Assembly (NCBI GenBank): GCA_040756235.1
Contig: JBFLZG010000009.1
Coordinates: 1-31,716 of the forward strand
DNA length: 31,716 nt
From: a bacterium
GTDB taxonomy: Bacteria > Desulfobacterota > DSWW01
Direction: 5' to 3'
Part shown: in pieces, positions 9,535 to 18,248 of the stretch
Layout of the letters: the number at the start of each line of letters is the position of its first letter
How positions within the stretch are numbered: position 1 is the first letter of the stretch
Position numbers and translations under genes: made by a program
Notes under the pieces: model-generated
Database searches by the model: none
What the model was told of the DNA's origin: nothing
The model's input: only the letters and a program-made list of their open reading frames with translations

Positions 9535-10560
9535 ATGGTCACTCCAAAGAAGATCTGGCTGCTGAGCTCCCTGGGGGCAGGCCTCCTCCTGCTCTCGGTT
9601 TGCTTCGCTCTGGGAGTCGGCAGCGCGCAGGTCGGCTGGGGCAAGGCCACGGCCGGGCTCATTGCGGAATGGCTCGGGGGGGGCGCCGCCCTGACCCCCT
9701 CGGAGCGGGCGATCCTCATCGAGCTCAGGCTTCCCCGCATCCTCCTGACCGGGCTCGTGGGCATGTCCCTCTCGGTGTCCGGGGCGGTGTTCCAGGCGCT
9801 GCTCCGCAATCCGCTTGCCGATCCTTTTGTCCTGGGCCTCTCGGGCGGAGCGGCGGTGGGCGCGCTCCTGTGCATCGCCCTGGGAATGGTGGCGCCCTTT
9901 GTCACTCCCGTAGCCTCGTTCATCGGAGCCCTGCTTACCATTGTCCTGGTCCTCGGCACCGCGGGCTCCGGAGGGCGGCTCCGCACCACGACCGTTCTGC
10001 TCACCGGGGTGATCGTCAACGCTTTCTGCACGTCCATCATCATGCTCATTCTCACCATGAGCACGGAACAGAAGATCCACGAGATGCTCTTCTGGCTGTA
10101 CGGCGACCTCAGCTCCGCCCGCTACCGCGGCGTGCTGTTCCTTGCGCCTCTGGCAGTGCTCTCGATCGGCATCATTCTGGCCCATGCCCGGGGTCTCAAC
10201 ATCCTGATGACCGGCGAGGAATCCGCCCTACATCTGGGCGTTCCGGTCGAGCGCTACAAGTGGACCCTGTTCGGAGTCGGCTCCCTCCTGACCGGGGCCG
10301 TGGTGTCGGTCAGCGGGATCATCGGCTTCGTCGGGCTGATCATCCCGCACCTGGTCCGTATGGCTTTCGGAGCGGACCACCGGCTCTTGCTTCCTCTGTC
10401 GGCGCTGCTCGGGGCGGTGTTCCTGGTCACCGCGGACGCGGCAGCCCGCCTGGTCCTGGCCCCCAACGAGGTCCCCGTAGGGGTGGTGACCGCCGCGCTC
10501 GGCTCTCCCTTCTTCATCCTGCTGCTGCGCCGGAAAGGCTCCCAATGGCAGATGTCCTGA
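9535..10560 (+). CDS. btuC: FecCD-type ABC permease (cobalamin)
   Basis: LRLPRI, RNPLADPFVLG, A.HLGVP, IGFVGLIIPH, EVPVGVVT. Confidence 0.92.
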   Translation: MVTPKKIWLLSSLGAGLLLLSVCFALGVGSAQVGWGKATAGLIAEWLGGGAALTPSERAILIELRLPRILLTGLVGMSLSVSGAVFQALLRNPLADPFVLGLSGGAAVGALLCIALGMVAPFVTPVASFIGALLTIVLVLGTAGSGGRLRTTTVLLTGVIVNAFCTSIIMLILTMSTEQKIHEMLFWLYGDLSSARYRGVLFLAPLAVLSIGIILAHARGLNILMTGEESALHLGVPVERYKWTLFGVGSLLTGAVVSVSGIIGFVGLIIPHLVRMAFGADHRLLLPLSALLGAVFLVTADAAARLVLAPNEVPVGVVTAALGSPFFILLLRRKGSQWQMS

Positions 10561-11378
10561 GCGTGCAAGGCGTTTCGTTCCGCTACCGCCAGCAGTGGGT
10601 CCTGCAGGATCTGGATTTGCGGGTCTCTCGGGGTGAAGTTCTGGGCATTCTCGGCCCCAACGCCTCGGGCAAGACCACTCTGCTGCGCCTGCTCAACGGG
10701 GTCCTCCGCCCGCGGCAGGGCAGGGTCACGCTGGAGGGCAGGGACATCGACAGCATGAAAAGGCGCGATATCGCCAGGCGCGTCGCCGTGGTCTCGCAGG
10801 AGCTCCCTTCCCTCTCGGGATTCACCGCTCTCGAAGTGGCGCTCATGGGGAGAAATCCGCACGTGCCGGCTTTTCGGTTCGAGCGGCCGCACGATGTGGA
10901 GATCGCCCGCCAAAGCCTCGAGAGGACGAATTGCAGCGATTTGTCGGACAGGAATATGAGCGAGTTGAGCGGCGGCGAGCGCCAGCGGGTCTACTTGGCC
11001 AGGGCCCTGGCCCAGGAGCCCGAGGTCCTCCTGCTGGACGAGGCCACGGCCTTTCTGGATTTCCGCCATCAGCTCGAGTTCCTCGATCTGCTGGCCCGGC
11101 TGCACGCGGACGAGGGCATGACCGTGGTCTGGGTGTGCCACGACCTGAATCTGGCGTCCATGGCCTGCCATCGGCTGCTGCTCCTGCGCAACGGCCGGGC
11201 CCATGCCATGGGGAGCCCTCGCGAAGTGCTGACCGCCTCCAACATCGAGGAGGTCTACGGCAGGCCGGTCATCGTGGATTCCAGCGCGCGCAACGGCATC
11301 CCGCGCATCCTGCCTTTCGTGAGGCAGGCGGCCCAGGACGGGGAGGAAGATCCGCCGGTCCCTGCGACCCGGCGCTGA
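10545..11378 (+). CDS. btuD: ABC transporter ATP-binding subunit (cobalamin)
   Basis: Walker A GPNASGKT, LSGGERQR, LLLDEAT, HDLN; start MADVLSV overlaps the btuC end. Confidence 0.92.
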   Translation: MADVLSVQGVSFRYRQQWVLQDLDLRVSRGEVLGILGPNASGKTTLLRLLNGVLRPRQGRVTLEGRDIDSMKRRDIARRVAVVSQELPSLSGFTALEVALMGRNPHVPAFRFERPHDVEIARQSLERTNCSDLSDRNMSELSGGERQRVYLARALAQEPEVLLLDEATAFLDFRHQLEFLDLLARLHADEGMTVVWVCHDLNLASMACHRLLLLRNGRAHAMGSPREVLTASNIEEVYGRPVIVDSSARNGIPRILPFVRQAAQDGEEDPPVPATRR

Positions 11379-11389
11379 TCCTTGCTGGA

Positions 11390-11652
11390 TGTTGCGAGGG
11401 CGCGTAGCGCCCGTGGCAATCCCCGGGTACGGGGGTCGCCGCGCTCGCACTGCTCGGACGTGGTTGGTGGACACGCTGCGCTTTGTCCACCCTACCGTGT
11501 TTTCACGCGGCTCGTTCGCGATTCTTTCCGTCATTCCGGCGCAAGCCGGACTCCAGTCCCGTCATTCCCGCGGTAGCGGGAATCCCGCGGCCGAGGCGTG
11601 GCACGCTCCTGGATCCCGGCTCACACGCGCTTCGCACATGGGCCGGGATGAC
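11390..11652. repeat. repeat mosaic between convergent genes
   Basis: TTGCGAG..GGCAATC hairpin (11390-11421); minus-strand family A (11434-11495); GTCATTCC-type hairpins at 11530-11556, 11561-11585 and 11605-11652. Confidence 0.82.
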
Positions 11653-11705
11653 AAATACGGGCGCCCGCACGTCGCTCGCCACTCGGAGCCCACAATAGCC
11701 GCCGC

Positions 11706-11829
11706 CCAGGCCGTTCAAAAAGGTCCGGATGCAAGGCGCGCGAAGTTTGAGGAACGAGGCGTACTGCAGTACGCCGCAGTGACGATAAACGAGCGCAACG
11801 CAGCAGATGGGCCTTTTTCAACGGCCTGG
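11706..11829. mobile_element. 124-bp MITE-like element with terminal inverted repeats (family F)
   Basis: TIRs CCAGGCCGTTCAAAAAGGTCC / CCAGGCCGTTGAAAAAGGCCC (19/21); homologous copy at 31508-31667. Confidence 0.8.
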
Positions 11830-14070
11830 CTTCTCCACCCGGCACGGCACGTACCTGTGCAAGGGCGTTCCGGCCAGCGGGTCCCGGTGCGTGTTCTTGG
11901 CGAGCCGGTTCACGTTGGCGCCGTAGACCTTCCCCTCGTACTCGAGGCCGAACCCGTGGGGGATGGCCACGTGCCCCGGCCTTGCCGAGTCCGTGACCTC
12001 CAGCTCGATCTCGACCGAGCCCGCTTCGGTCGTGACCCGCACGGTCTCGCCGTCCTCGAGCCCCAGCCCCTGGGCGTCCTTCGGGTGCATGGCGACCGTG
12101 CAGGCGCGCCGGCCCTCGTTCCAGGCAGGGTTCCGCATCAGAGTGTTCGCGTTCATGTCGGTGTGGCGGCCGGCCATGAGGACCAGGGGAAACTCCGGGC
12201 TCATACGCAAGGCTTCGGTTTCGCTTGCCGCGGTGACGCCCTGCACCCAGTCGGCGAGCTCGGGGATGAAGAGCTCGATCCTGCCGTCCGCGGTCTGGAG
12301 GGCTTTGAGGTTCTCGGCCGGGTCGCACCTTCCGATCCAGAGCCCTTCGGGGTGAGCCAGGAGCGCCCGGAAGATTTCCTCGCCCAGGAGCGGTCCGGGC
12401 TGGAACCCGGCCCGGACCGCGTTCTGCCGGAAAGCCTTGGGAGCGGTCTGCAGCATTCCCCAGAGGGCCGCCAGGTGCGCCGATCCGAGCGCCCGGCCCA
12501 GCGTCCTGGCGAGCACGAACGGGACCGCGCTTGCCGCTTTCGGGTTCTGCTGCAGGTACTGCATGAGCTCGAGACCGAAGGCCGCCCGGTCGCCGGCCGC
12601 GGCGCAGCTCAGGGATTCGGGAATCTCCGGCACCAGGCCGAGCCTCTCCGCCAGCCCGAGAAAGATCTCCCCCTCCTCGCGGGTATCCCCTTCCGGCTCG
12701 ACCACCGGACGCCGCATCTGGAAGTAGACCTCGGGCCAGGTCCAGGCGAAGAACGAGCCGTCCCATTTTTCGTAGGCCGACCGCACCGGCAGCACGTAGT
12801 GCGACAGGGCCGCGCTCTCGGAAAAGGCGACGTCGATCGTCACGAGCAGCTCGAGCCGGCCGAAGGCTGCCTCGTAGGCGGTCGTGTCCGCATAGGAACG
12901 AAGGGGGTTGGCGCTCACGAGCACGGCGCGCACCCGATCCTCGCGTTCGGCCAGGATCTCCTCCGGGAGCGCATTGGGCGGAAAGTACCCCATGATGGCC
13001 GGGAAATCCGTGGTCCGGGTGCGCCAGGTCTTCGGGTCCCGCTCGTCCGAGTGCGAGCCCAGGGGCATGATCGTGCCCGGGATGACGTTGCCGCCGGCTA
13101 CGCCGATGCGGCCGCAGACCGCCAGCAGGATCGTCTCCAGGTAGGAAGTGACCGTGCTATGGCGGCCCATGAGGATCCCCAGATCTCCGTGCAGGCTGGA
13201 CTTGCGATGGGCGAATAGGCGGGCGACTTCCCGCACCGTCTGGTAGTCGAGCTCGCATACCTCCAGGGCGCCCCTGGCGTCGAAATCGGCAAACCACGGA
13301 AGTACGGTCTCGAACCCGCTCGTGTGGGCCCGGATGTAGTCGGCGTGGTGCCAGCCCTCTTCGAGGATGATGGCGATCATGGCGCGGGTGAAGAGCGCGT
13401 CGGTGCCGGGCCGGATGGCGAGATGGATGTCGGCCCTTTGGGCGGTCTCGCTCTTGCGCGGGTCGATGACCACCAGCAGCTTCTCCGGATCTTTCGCGAT
13501 CCTGCCCAGGTGGCGGCGTGCCTGGGGCATCTGATGGCTCATCCAGCCGTTCCATCCGATGGCCAGAAGCAGGTCGGTCTCGCGGTCGTCCGGGAGGGTT
13601 TGCAGGTACTGCTTGCCGAAGGCGCGGCCGTTGACCCAGAACATCCCGGTGAGCTCCTGGGCCATCGCATTGTAGTGGTAACGGGAACCGAGTCCCCGCA
13701 GGAGAGAGACCCCGAAGGCCGCCTCGAAGTGGCAGGCCTGGCCGCCGCCGCCCATGTAGGCAAAGGCCTGAGGCCCGTGCCGTCCGACGATGGCCTTGAG
13801 CTTCCCGGCGATCTCGTCCAGGGCCTGGTCCCAGGAGATCTTCTCGAAAGAGCTGCCCGCCCGCTTGAGCGGGTGGGTCAGCCGTTGCGCGTGGTGCTGG
13901 AAGTGGGCGACGTTCAACCCCTTACGGCAGACGTACCCTTCGCTTCTCGGGTTCTCCTTGTCCGGCCGGACCTTGGCGATCCGGTTCCCGTCCACGAGCA
14001 CCTCCAGGCCGCAGTTCTGAGAGCACATCACACAGCTCGTCTTCTTCCACGTTCCGCTGTCCGCAGTCAT
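11818..14070 (-). CDS. molybdopterin-dependent oxidoreductase (DMSO reductase superfamily), paralog A
   Basis: N-terminal CxxCxxxCG..C Fe-S motif, VIDPR..ETA..AD.HL.IRPGTD, C-terminal molydop-binding domain (MHPKDA, IPHGFG); no signal peptide; SD AGGAG. Confidence 0.93.
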   Translation of the reverse strand: MTADSGTWKKTSCVMCSQNCGLEVLVDGNRIAKVRPDKENPRSEGYVCRKGLNVAHFQHHAQRLTHPLKRAGSSFEKISWDQALDEIAGKLKAIVGRHGPQAFAYMGGGGQACHFEAAFGVSLLRGLGSRYHYNAMAQELTGMFWVNGRAFGKQYLQTLPDDRETDLLLAIGWNGWMSHQMPQARRHLGRIAKDPEKLLVVIDPRKSETAQRADIHLAIRPGTDALFTRAMIAIILEEGWHHADYIRAHTSGFETVLPWFADFDARGALEVCELDYQTVREVARLFAHRKSSLHGDLGILMGRHSTVTSYLETILLAVCGRIGVAGGNVIPGTIMPLGSHSDERDPKTWRTRTTDFPAIMGYFPPNALPEEILAEREDRVRAVLVSANPLRSYADTTAYEAAFGRLELLVTIDVAFSESAALSHYVLPVRSAYEKWDGSFFAWTWPEVYFQMRRPVVEPEGDTREEGEIFLGLAERLGLVPEIPESLSCAAAGDRAAFGLELMQYLQQNPKAASAVPFVLARTLGRALGSAHLAALWGMLQTAPKAFRQNAVRAGFQPGPLLGEEIFRALLAHPEGLWIGRCDPAENLKALQTADGRIELFIPELADWVQGVTAASETEALRMSPEFPLVLMAGRHTDMNANTLMRNPAWNEGRRACTVAMHPKDAQGLGLEDGETVRVTTEAGSVEIELEVTDSARPGHVAIPHGFGLEYEGKVYGANVNRLAKNTHRDPLAGTPLHRYVPCRVEKPGR

Positions 14071-14426
14071 GTCAGATCTCCTGAGAAAATTCTGTGCAGG
14101 CTACACGCTGAGTGTGAAGACGTGGCAACCGATCACACTCCAGTTAGGTGCGGTGGGGTGCACCGCCCTCGATCGTCTCGGGCTCAGAACGCTCCGGCTC
14201 TTCTCCTCCCACGGGTCGGAGACAAGCGCCCTTTGGGCAGGTGCCTCTTTTCGTCCCTCGTCCCGGGCCGGGTGTTCTCGGGTCGCACGCGCCTGACGGA
14301 TCTGGTATTCGAGAAACAGCGCTGCGTTCCACCGGCCTATCGGGACTCGGGACGGCCTCCACGACTCGCCCTCGCCTCTCTCGTGCGCACACCCACCGCA
14401 CTCGGGCTGTGGCTCCGCGCATCCGC

Positions 14427-14489
14427 GTAGGGTGCAAAGGCCGCAGGCGTGTCCGCCAATACGACTGCAGAGTCGCGAGCGTGGCGATT
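14427..14489 (+). repeat. family A GTAG-REP composite
   Basis: GTAGGGTGCAAAGGCCGCAGGCGTGTCCGCC plus GCGAGCGTGGCGAT tail. Confidence 0.8.
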
Positions 14490-14562
14490 CCCCCTGCGAG
14501 GGCAGCGTGAATGCCTCGACGCCCCTCTCGCCTGCGAGAGCGGGCGGAATACAGGAGCCGGG

Positions 14563-16800
14563 TTAAACTGCCTCCACTCGGCAGGGCACATACCGATGGA
14601 TCGGTGTTGCTGCAATTTTGTCACGATGGGTGTTCTTGGTCAGGCGGTTGACGTTGGCGCCGTATTTGACCCCGTCGTAGACAAGCCCAAAGCCGTGAGG
14701 AATCATGATGTAGCCCTTCCTCGTGAGCTCGGTCACTTCGAGCTCGACGGTCTCCTGGCCCGCCTCGGTAGCCACCCTCACCATTTGTCCGTCGGAAAGA
14801 CCCAGCTCCTCTGCGTCTGCCGGGTGCATGATCGCCGTACATGCCCTCTTGCCCTCGTTCCATGCAGGATCCCGCATGTTCGTGTTGGCGTTCGTATCGA
14901 TGTGCCGGCCTGCCGACAGGATGAGCGGAAATTTTTTCTTCTCCTTTTCCAGCTCTTGCAGCTCTCTTGCCGGGTCGATTTCCTTCAGCCATTCCCCGAA
15001 CTGCTCGTCAAAGAGCTCGATCTTGCCGCTCGGCGTTGCCAGGTTCTCCAGGTTCTTCTCCGGATCCACAATCCCCACCAGCACGCCTTCGGGTTTGTCC
15101 ACGATGGCCTGATACATTTCAAGGCCCTGGTCCGGTCCCATGGCAAACCCGGCTCTTTCCGCCTCTTCCATCTGTGTCCGGGATCTTACCTGGAGAATGG
15201 CGAAGAGAGCGGCCAGGTGGGATGAACCAACGGCTTTGCCCAACGTCTTCGACACGATAAAGGGCAGGGCGCCCGCACGGGTCGGGTTCTCCATGACATA
15301 CCCGATCAGTGCGTCCCTGTATCCCCTGCCGCAGCCGCTTGCAGCAGCCTTATAGAGAGATTCGGGAAGCTCCGGAATCAGACCCATGGCATCTGCAAGG
15401 CGTGTATAGATCTCGCCGGGCTCGAGTTGTTCTCCCTCGGGCTCCACCACCGGCCGCCGCATCTGGAAGTAGACTTCCGGGAAATGCATGGAAAAAATGG
15501 TGGAGTCCCAGGACTCGTAAGCTGACCTGGAAGGAAGAACGTAATGGGAAAGGGCCGCGGTTTCGCTCATGGCGATGTCCGTTGTGATCACCAGATCCAG
15601 CTTGCGGAAAGCCTCTTCGTATGCCGTCGTGTCCGCATAGGACCTCAAGGGATTCGCATTCTGGTTGATCACAACCCTGAGGCGGTCGGGATGATCACTC
15701 AGGATCTCTTCCGGCATCACGTTGGGCGGGAACATCCCCTGAATGGCCGGTATGCCCGTCGTTTGGGTGCGCCAGGTATTCGGGTCGTCCGGATCGGAGT
15801 GGGGCGGGTCCATCATGAACCTGCCGGGGAAGTAATCCCCTCCCGGCCTGCAGATCCGGCCGCTCAACGCCAGCAACACAACGATGAGATAAGAGAGCAG
15901 TGTGCTGTGTCGGCCCATGAGGACGCCCAGATCATCGGCGAGACACCAGCGCCGCTCTGCGAGCTTGCGGCACAGATCGATCACCTGATCGTAATCAAGC
16001 TCACAGACCTTCAGGGCCGCCTTCACGTCAAACCCTTCATACCACGGCATCACCTCGTTCAGACCGCCGACGTGCTTTGCGACGTACTCCTTGTCATACC
16101 ATCCTTCCTTGAGAAGAATGGAAATCATGGATTTCAGCAGGAGGCCGTCGGTTCCCGGTCGGAGGGCCAGGTGGATATCCGCCAGTTTCGCGGTTTCGGA
16201 AACCCGGGGGTCGATCACCACAAGCAGTTTTTCCGGGTCTTGCGAGAATTTCTGGATCTTACGGCGCGCCTGCGGCGTCTGGTGGCTCATCATGGGATTC
16301 CAGCCGTGAACCACCAGCATGTCCGTATGCTTCAGATCTTTGGTAAACATGAGTCCCTGGTGGCCCAGGGTGACCCCGTGGGCCCAGTACCGTCCGGTGT
16401 GTTCCTGACCCAGGGCCGTGTAGTTGTATCGTGAGCCGAGCATTTCGCCCAATCGGCCGAGAAAGGGGATGCCGAAATGGCAACCCTGGCCGCTGAGCAC
16501 CCACGCCAGGGATCGCGGCCCGTGTTCATCCAGTATCTCTTTGAGCCTTGCGGCGATCTCGCCGATCGCCTGGTCCCATGAGATCCGCTCGAACCCGTCC
16601 CCTACCTTCTTCAAGGGATAGAGAACCCGGTCCGCGTTGTGCGTGTGGTACGCGACATGGAGCCCCTTCCGGCAGACATACCCCTCACTCCTGGGATTGT
16701 TCTTGTCGGGGCGGACCTTGACGATCCTGTTGTTCTCAACCTGTACTTCCAGACCGCAGTTTTGAGCACAGAGTGCGCAGCTCGTCACTTTCCAGGACAT
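14563..16800 (-). CDS. molybdopterin-dependent oxidoreductase, paralog B
   Basis: Same architecture as paralog A with long shared blocks (NPRSEGYVCRKGL, ANPLRSYADTTAYE, YGANVNRL); SD GGGAGG. Confidence 0.93.
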   Translation of the reverse strand: MSWKVTSCALCAQNCGLEVQVENNRIVKVRPDKNNPRSEGYVCRKGLHVAYHTHNADRVLYPLKKVGDGFERISWDQAIGEIAARLKEILDEHGPRSLAWVLSGQGCHFGIPFLGRLGEMLGSRYNYTALGQEHTGRYWAHGVTLGHQGLMFTKDLKHTDMLVVHGWNPMMSHQTPQARRKIQKFSQDPEKLLVVIDPRVSETAKLADIHLALRPGTDGLLLKSMISILLKEGWYDKEYVAKHVGGLNEVMPWYEGFDVKAALKVCELDYDQVIDLCRKLAERRWCLADDLGVLMGRHSTLLSYLIVVLLALSGRICRPGGDYFPGRFMMDPPHSDPDDPNTWRTQTTGIPAIQGMFPPNVMPEEILSDHPDRLRVVINQNANPLRSYADTTAYEEAFRKLDLVITTDIAMSETAALSHYVLPSRSAYESWDSTIFSMHFPEVYFQMRRPVVEPEGEQLEPGEIYTRLADAMGLIPELPESLYKAAASGCGRGYRDALIGYVMENPTRAGALPFIVSKTLGKAVGSSHLAALFAILQVRSRTQMEEAERAGFAMGPDQGLEMYQAIVDKPEGVLVGIVDPEKNLENLATPSGKIELFDEQFGEWLKEIDPARELQELEKEKKKFPLILSAGRHIDTNANTNMRDPAWNEGKRACTAIMHPADAEELGLSDGQMVRVATEAGQETVELEVTELTRKGYIMIPHGFGLVYDGVKYGANVNRLTKNTHRDKIAATPIHRYVPCRVEAV

Positions 16801-16886
16801 GATTTCCTCCCTGAGGAATCGGATGATTGCGTGAGGAGCGCCGGGATTTCAGGCGTCTGAATCCATCCCCTGCGGTCTGTCTTTCC

Positions 16887-17064
16887 GTCACCACGGCGCA
16901 GGCCGGGGTCCAGTCCGACTCCCCCCTTTTGCAAAGCTTTACAGAGGGGGGGGGGTCCCCCTAACCCCCTTTTCCAAAGGGGGACCTTGCCGCGTGGCAC
17001 CCGGTAGGGTGGACAAAGCCGCAGGCGTGTCCACCGACCATGGCTAGAGACTGCGAGCGCGGTG
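16887..17064. repeat. repeat mosaic: GTCA-type hairpin, CCCCCTTT..AAAGGGGG elements (family D), family A
   Basis: 16887-16913 resembles 11530-11556; 16921-16984 poly-C/poly-G palindromes; 17004-17035 GTAGGGTGGACAAAGCCGCAGGCGTGTCCACC. Confidence 0.82.
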
Positions 17065-17100
17065 TTCTCCGCGCCGCAGGGACGTTAACTGGAATCGTCC

Positions 17101-18189
17101 TCAGAACTTGAACTCGCGCTTCTTGTCGCTCATCACCTTGGTCACGAGATCCATGACCGGCAGCACCGGACGCTGCTCGGGCTCGGGCCGCGGGATGAGC
17201 GAAACAGACTCGGACGGGCAGGTCGGGTGGCAGACGCCGCACCCGATGCACTTGGCCGCGTCCACCTTGGCCACGTCATCGACCTCGATCGCCTTGACCG
17301 GGCACCGCTCGGCACACGTGCCACACGCCAGACAGGTGTCCGCCGCGATGCTGGAGACGAAGTTCGAGCGGGCGAACATGTTCTTCTCGCCCATGAACAG
17401 GAGGCCGGTCAGGAAGATGCAGGCGTCGGAGCAGCAGTTGCAGATGGTGTCCATGTCGCTCGAATGGTTGCCGGTGACGTGGACGAGGCCCTCTTCGTTC
17501 GAGCGCTTCAGGATCCGGATCGTCTCCTCCACCGTGATCTCCCGGGCCATGCCCTGCGCGACCATGTAGCGTCCCATGCCGTTGAAGTGGAGGCAGTTCT
17601 CGGTGGAGTGGCTGCAGCGGCCGGCACCCGAGTGGTCCCGCATGAGCCGGCACGGGCAGTGCGCCACGGCCTGGTAGCTCGTCTTCTTCACCATCTCGGA
17701 GAGCTTCTCGAAGGGGGCCACTCGTCGCCCGTCGGAGAGCGTCTGCTCGAGGGGGAGGACCCGGGTCATGGGCGTATCGGACAGGCCGCCGATCTCGTGA
17801 TAGAAGGCGTTGACGGCATACTTCATCCAGAGGGGGGCGAGCTTTTCGGTTTCCGGCGTGCGCTTGCCGGGCCAGAAAGGCGTCTCGCTGAAACCCACGA
17901 CCGTGGGCAGGAGCCGGTACATGGCTGGCTCGACGGCCGGGTCGATGAAGACGATGCCCTTCTTGGCCATGGCGGCGAGCATGGGCCGGAGCCGCGCCTG
18001 GTCCACGCCGGTGCGCTCGACCAGGGCCTCGATCGTCATCGGGAGGAAGGGGAGCTTGACGCCGAGGGCCGCCTCCTCCTCGGTGTACAGGACCTTCAGG
18101 ATGTCGATCAGCTCGGGCGTCTTCGGCGCGCCGACCGGCATGGAGTGGAGATGCTCTGCCAGCCTGTCGTAAACGGTCCCGTCAGCCAT
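17101..18189 (-). CDS. multi-Fe-S (4Fe-4S dicluster) protein, paralog A
   Basis: Central CPCR..C..C and CNCC..C cysteines; C-terminal 2x CxxCxxCxxxCP ferredoxin; SD GAGGAGG. Confidence 0.88.
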   Translation of the reverse strand: MADGTVYDRLAEHLHSMPVGAPKTPELIDILKVLYTEEEAALGVKLPFLPMTIEALVERTGVDQARLRPMLAAMAKKGIVFIDPAVEPAMYRLLPTVVGFSETPFWPGKRTPETEKLAPLWMKYAVNAFYHEIGGLSDTPMTRVLPLEQTLSDGRRVAPFEKLSEMVKKTSYQAVAHCPCRLMRDHSGAGRCSHSTENCLHFNGMGRYMVAQGMAREITVEETIRILKRSNEEGLVHVTGNHSSDMDTICNCCSDACIFLTGLLFMGEKNMFARSNFVSSIAADTCLACGTCAERCPVKAIEVDDVAKVDAAKCIGCGVCHPTCPSESVSLIPRPEPEQRPVLPVMDLVTKVMSDKKREFKF

Positions 18190-18248
18190 TCGGAAGTCCT
18201 CCTCTCGTCAAAGAAAAGGTGAAAAGGTAAGGGGAACGCCTCCGTTCC

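Noticed and set aside
9504..10544. 624-aa ORF as an N-terminally extended ABC ATPase
   Set aside because: The upstream part is an alternative frame over btuC; the real start is 10545
11389..13218. 609-aa plus-strand ORF and other long antisense ORFs (22310-24388, 25929-27602, 28482-29906)
   Set aside because: Shadow ORFs of high-GC genes or read-through of repeats, with no recognisable motifs
14144..14400. Possible group II intron remnant (minus-strand GTGCG and GAGCCGGA..GTTCTGAG resembling domain V edges)
   Set aside because: No intact domain V hairpin, no RT ORF and far too short; the matches are plausible by chance in GC-rich DNA
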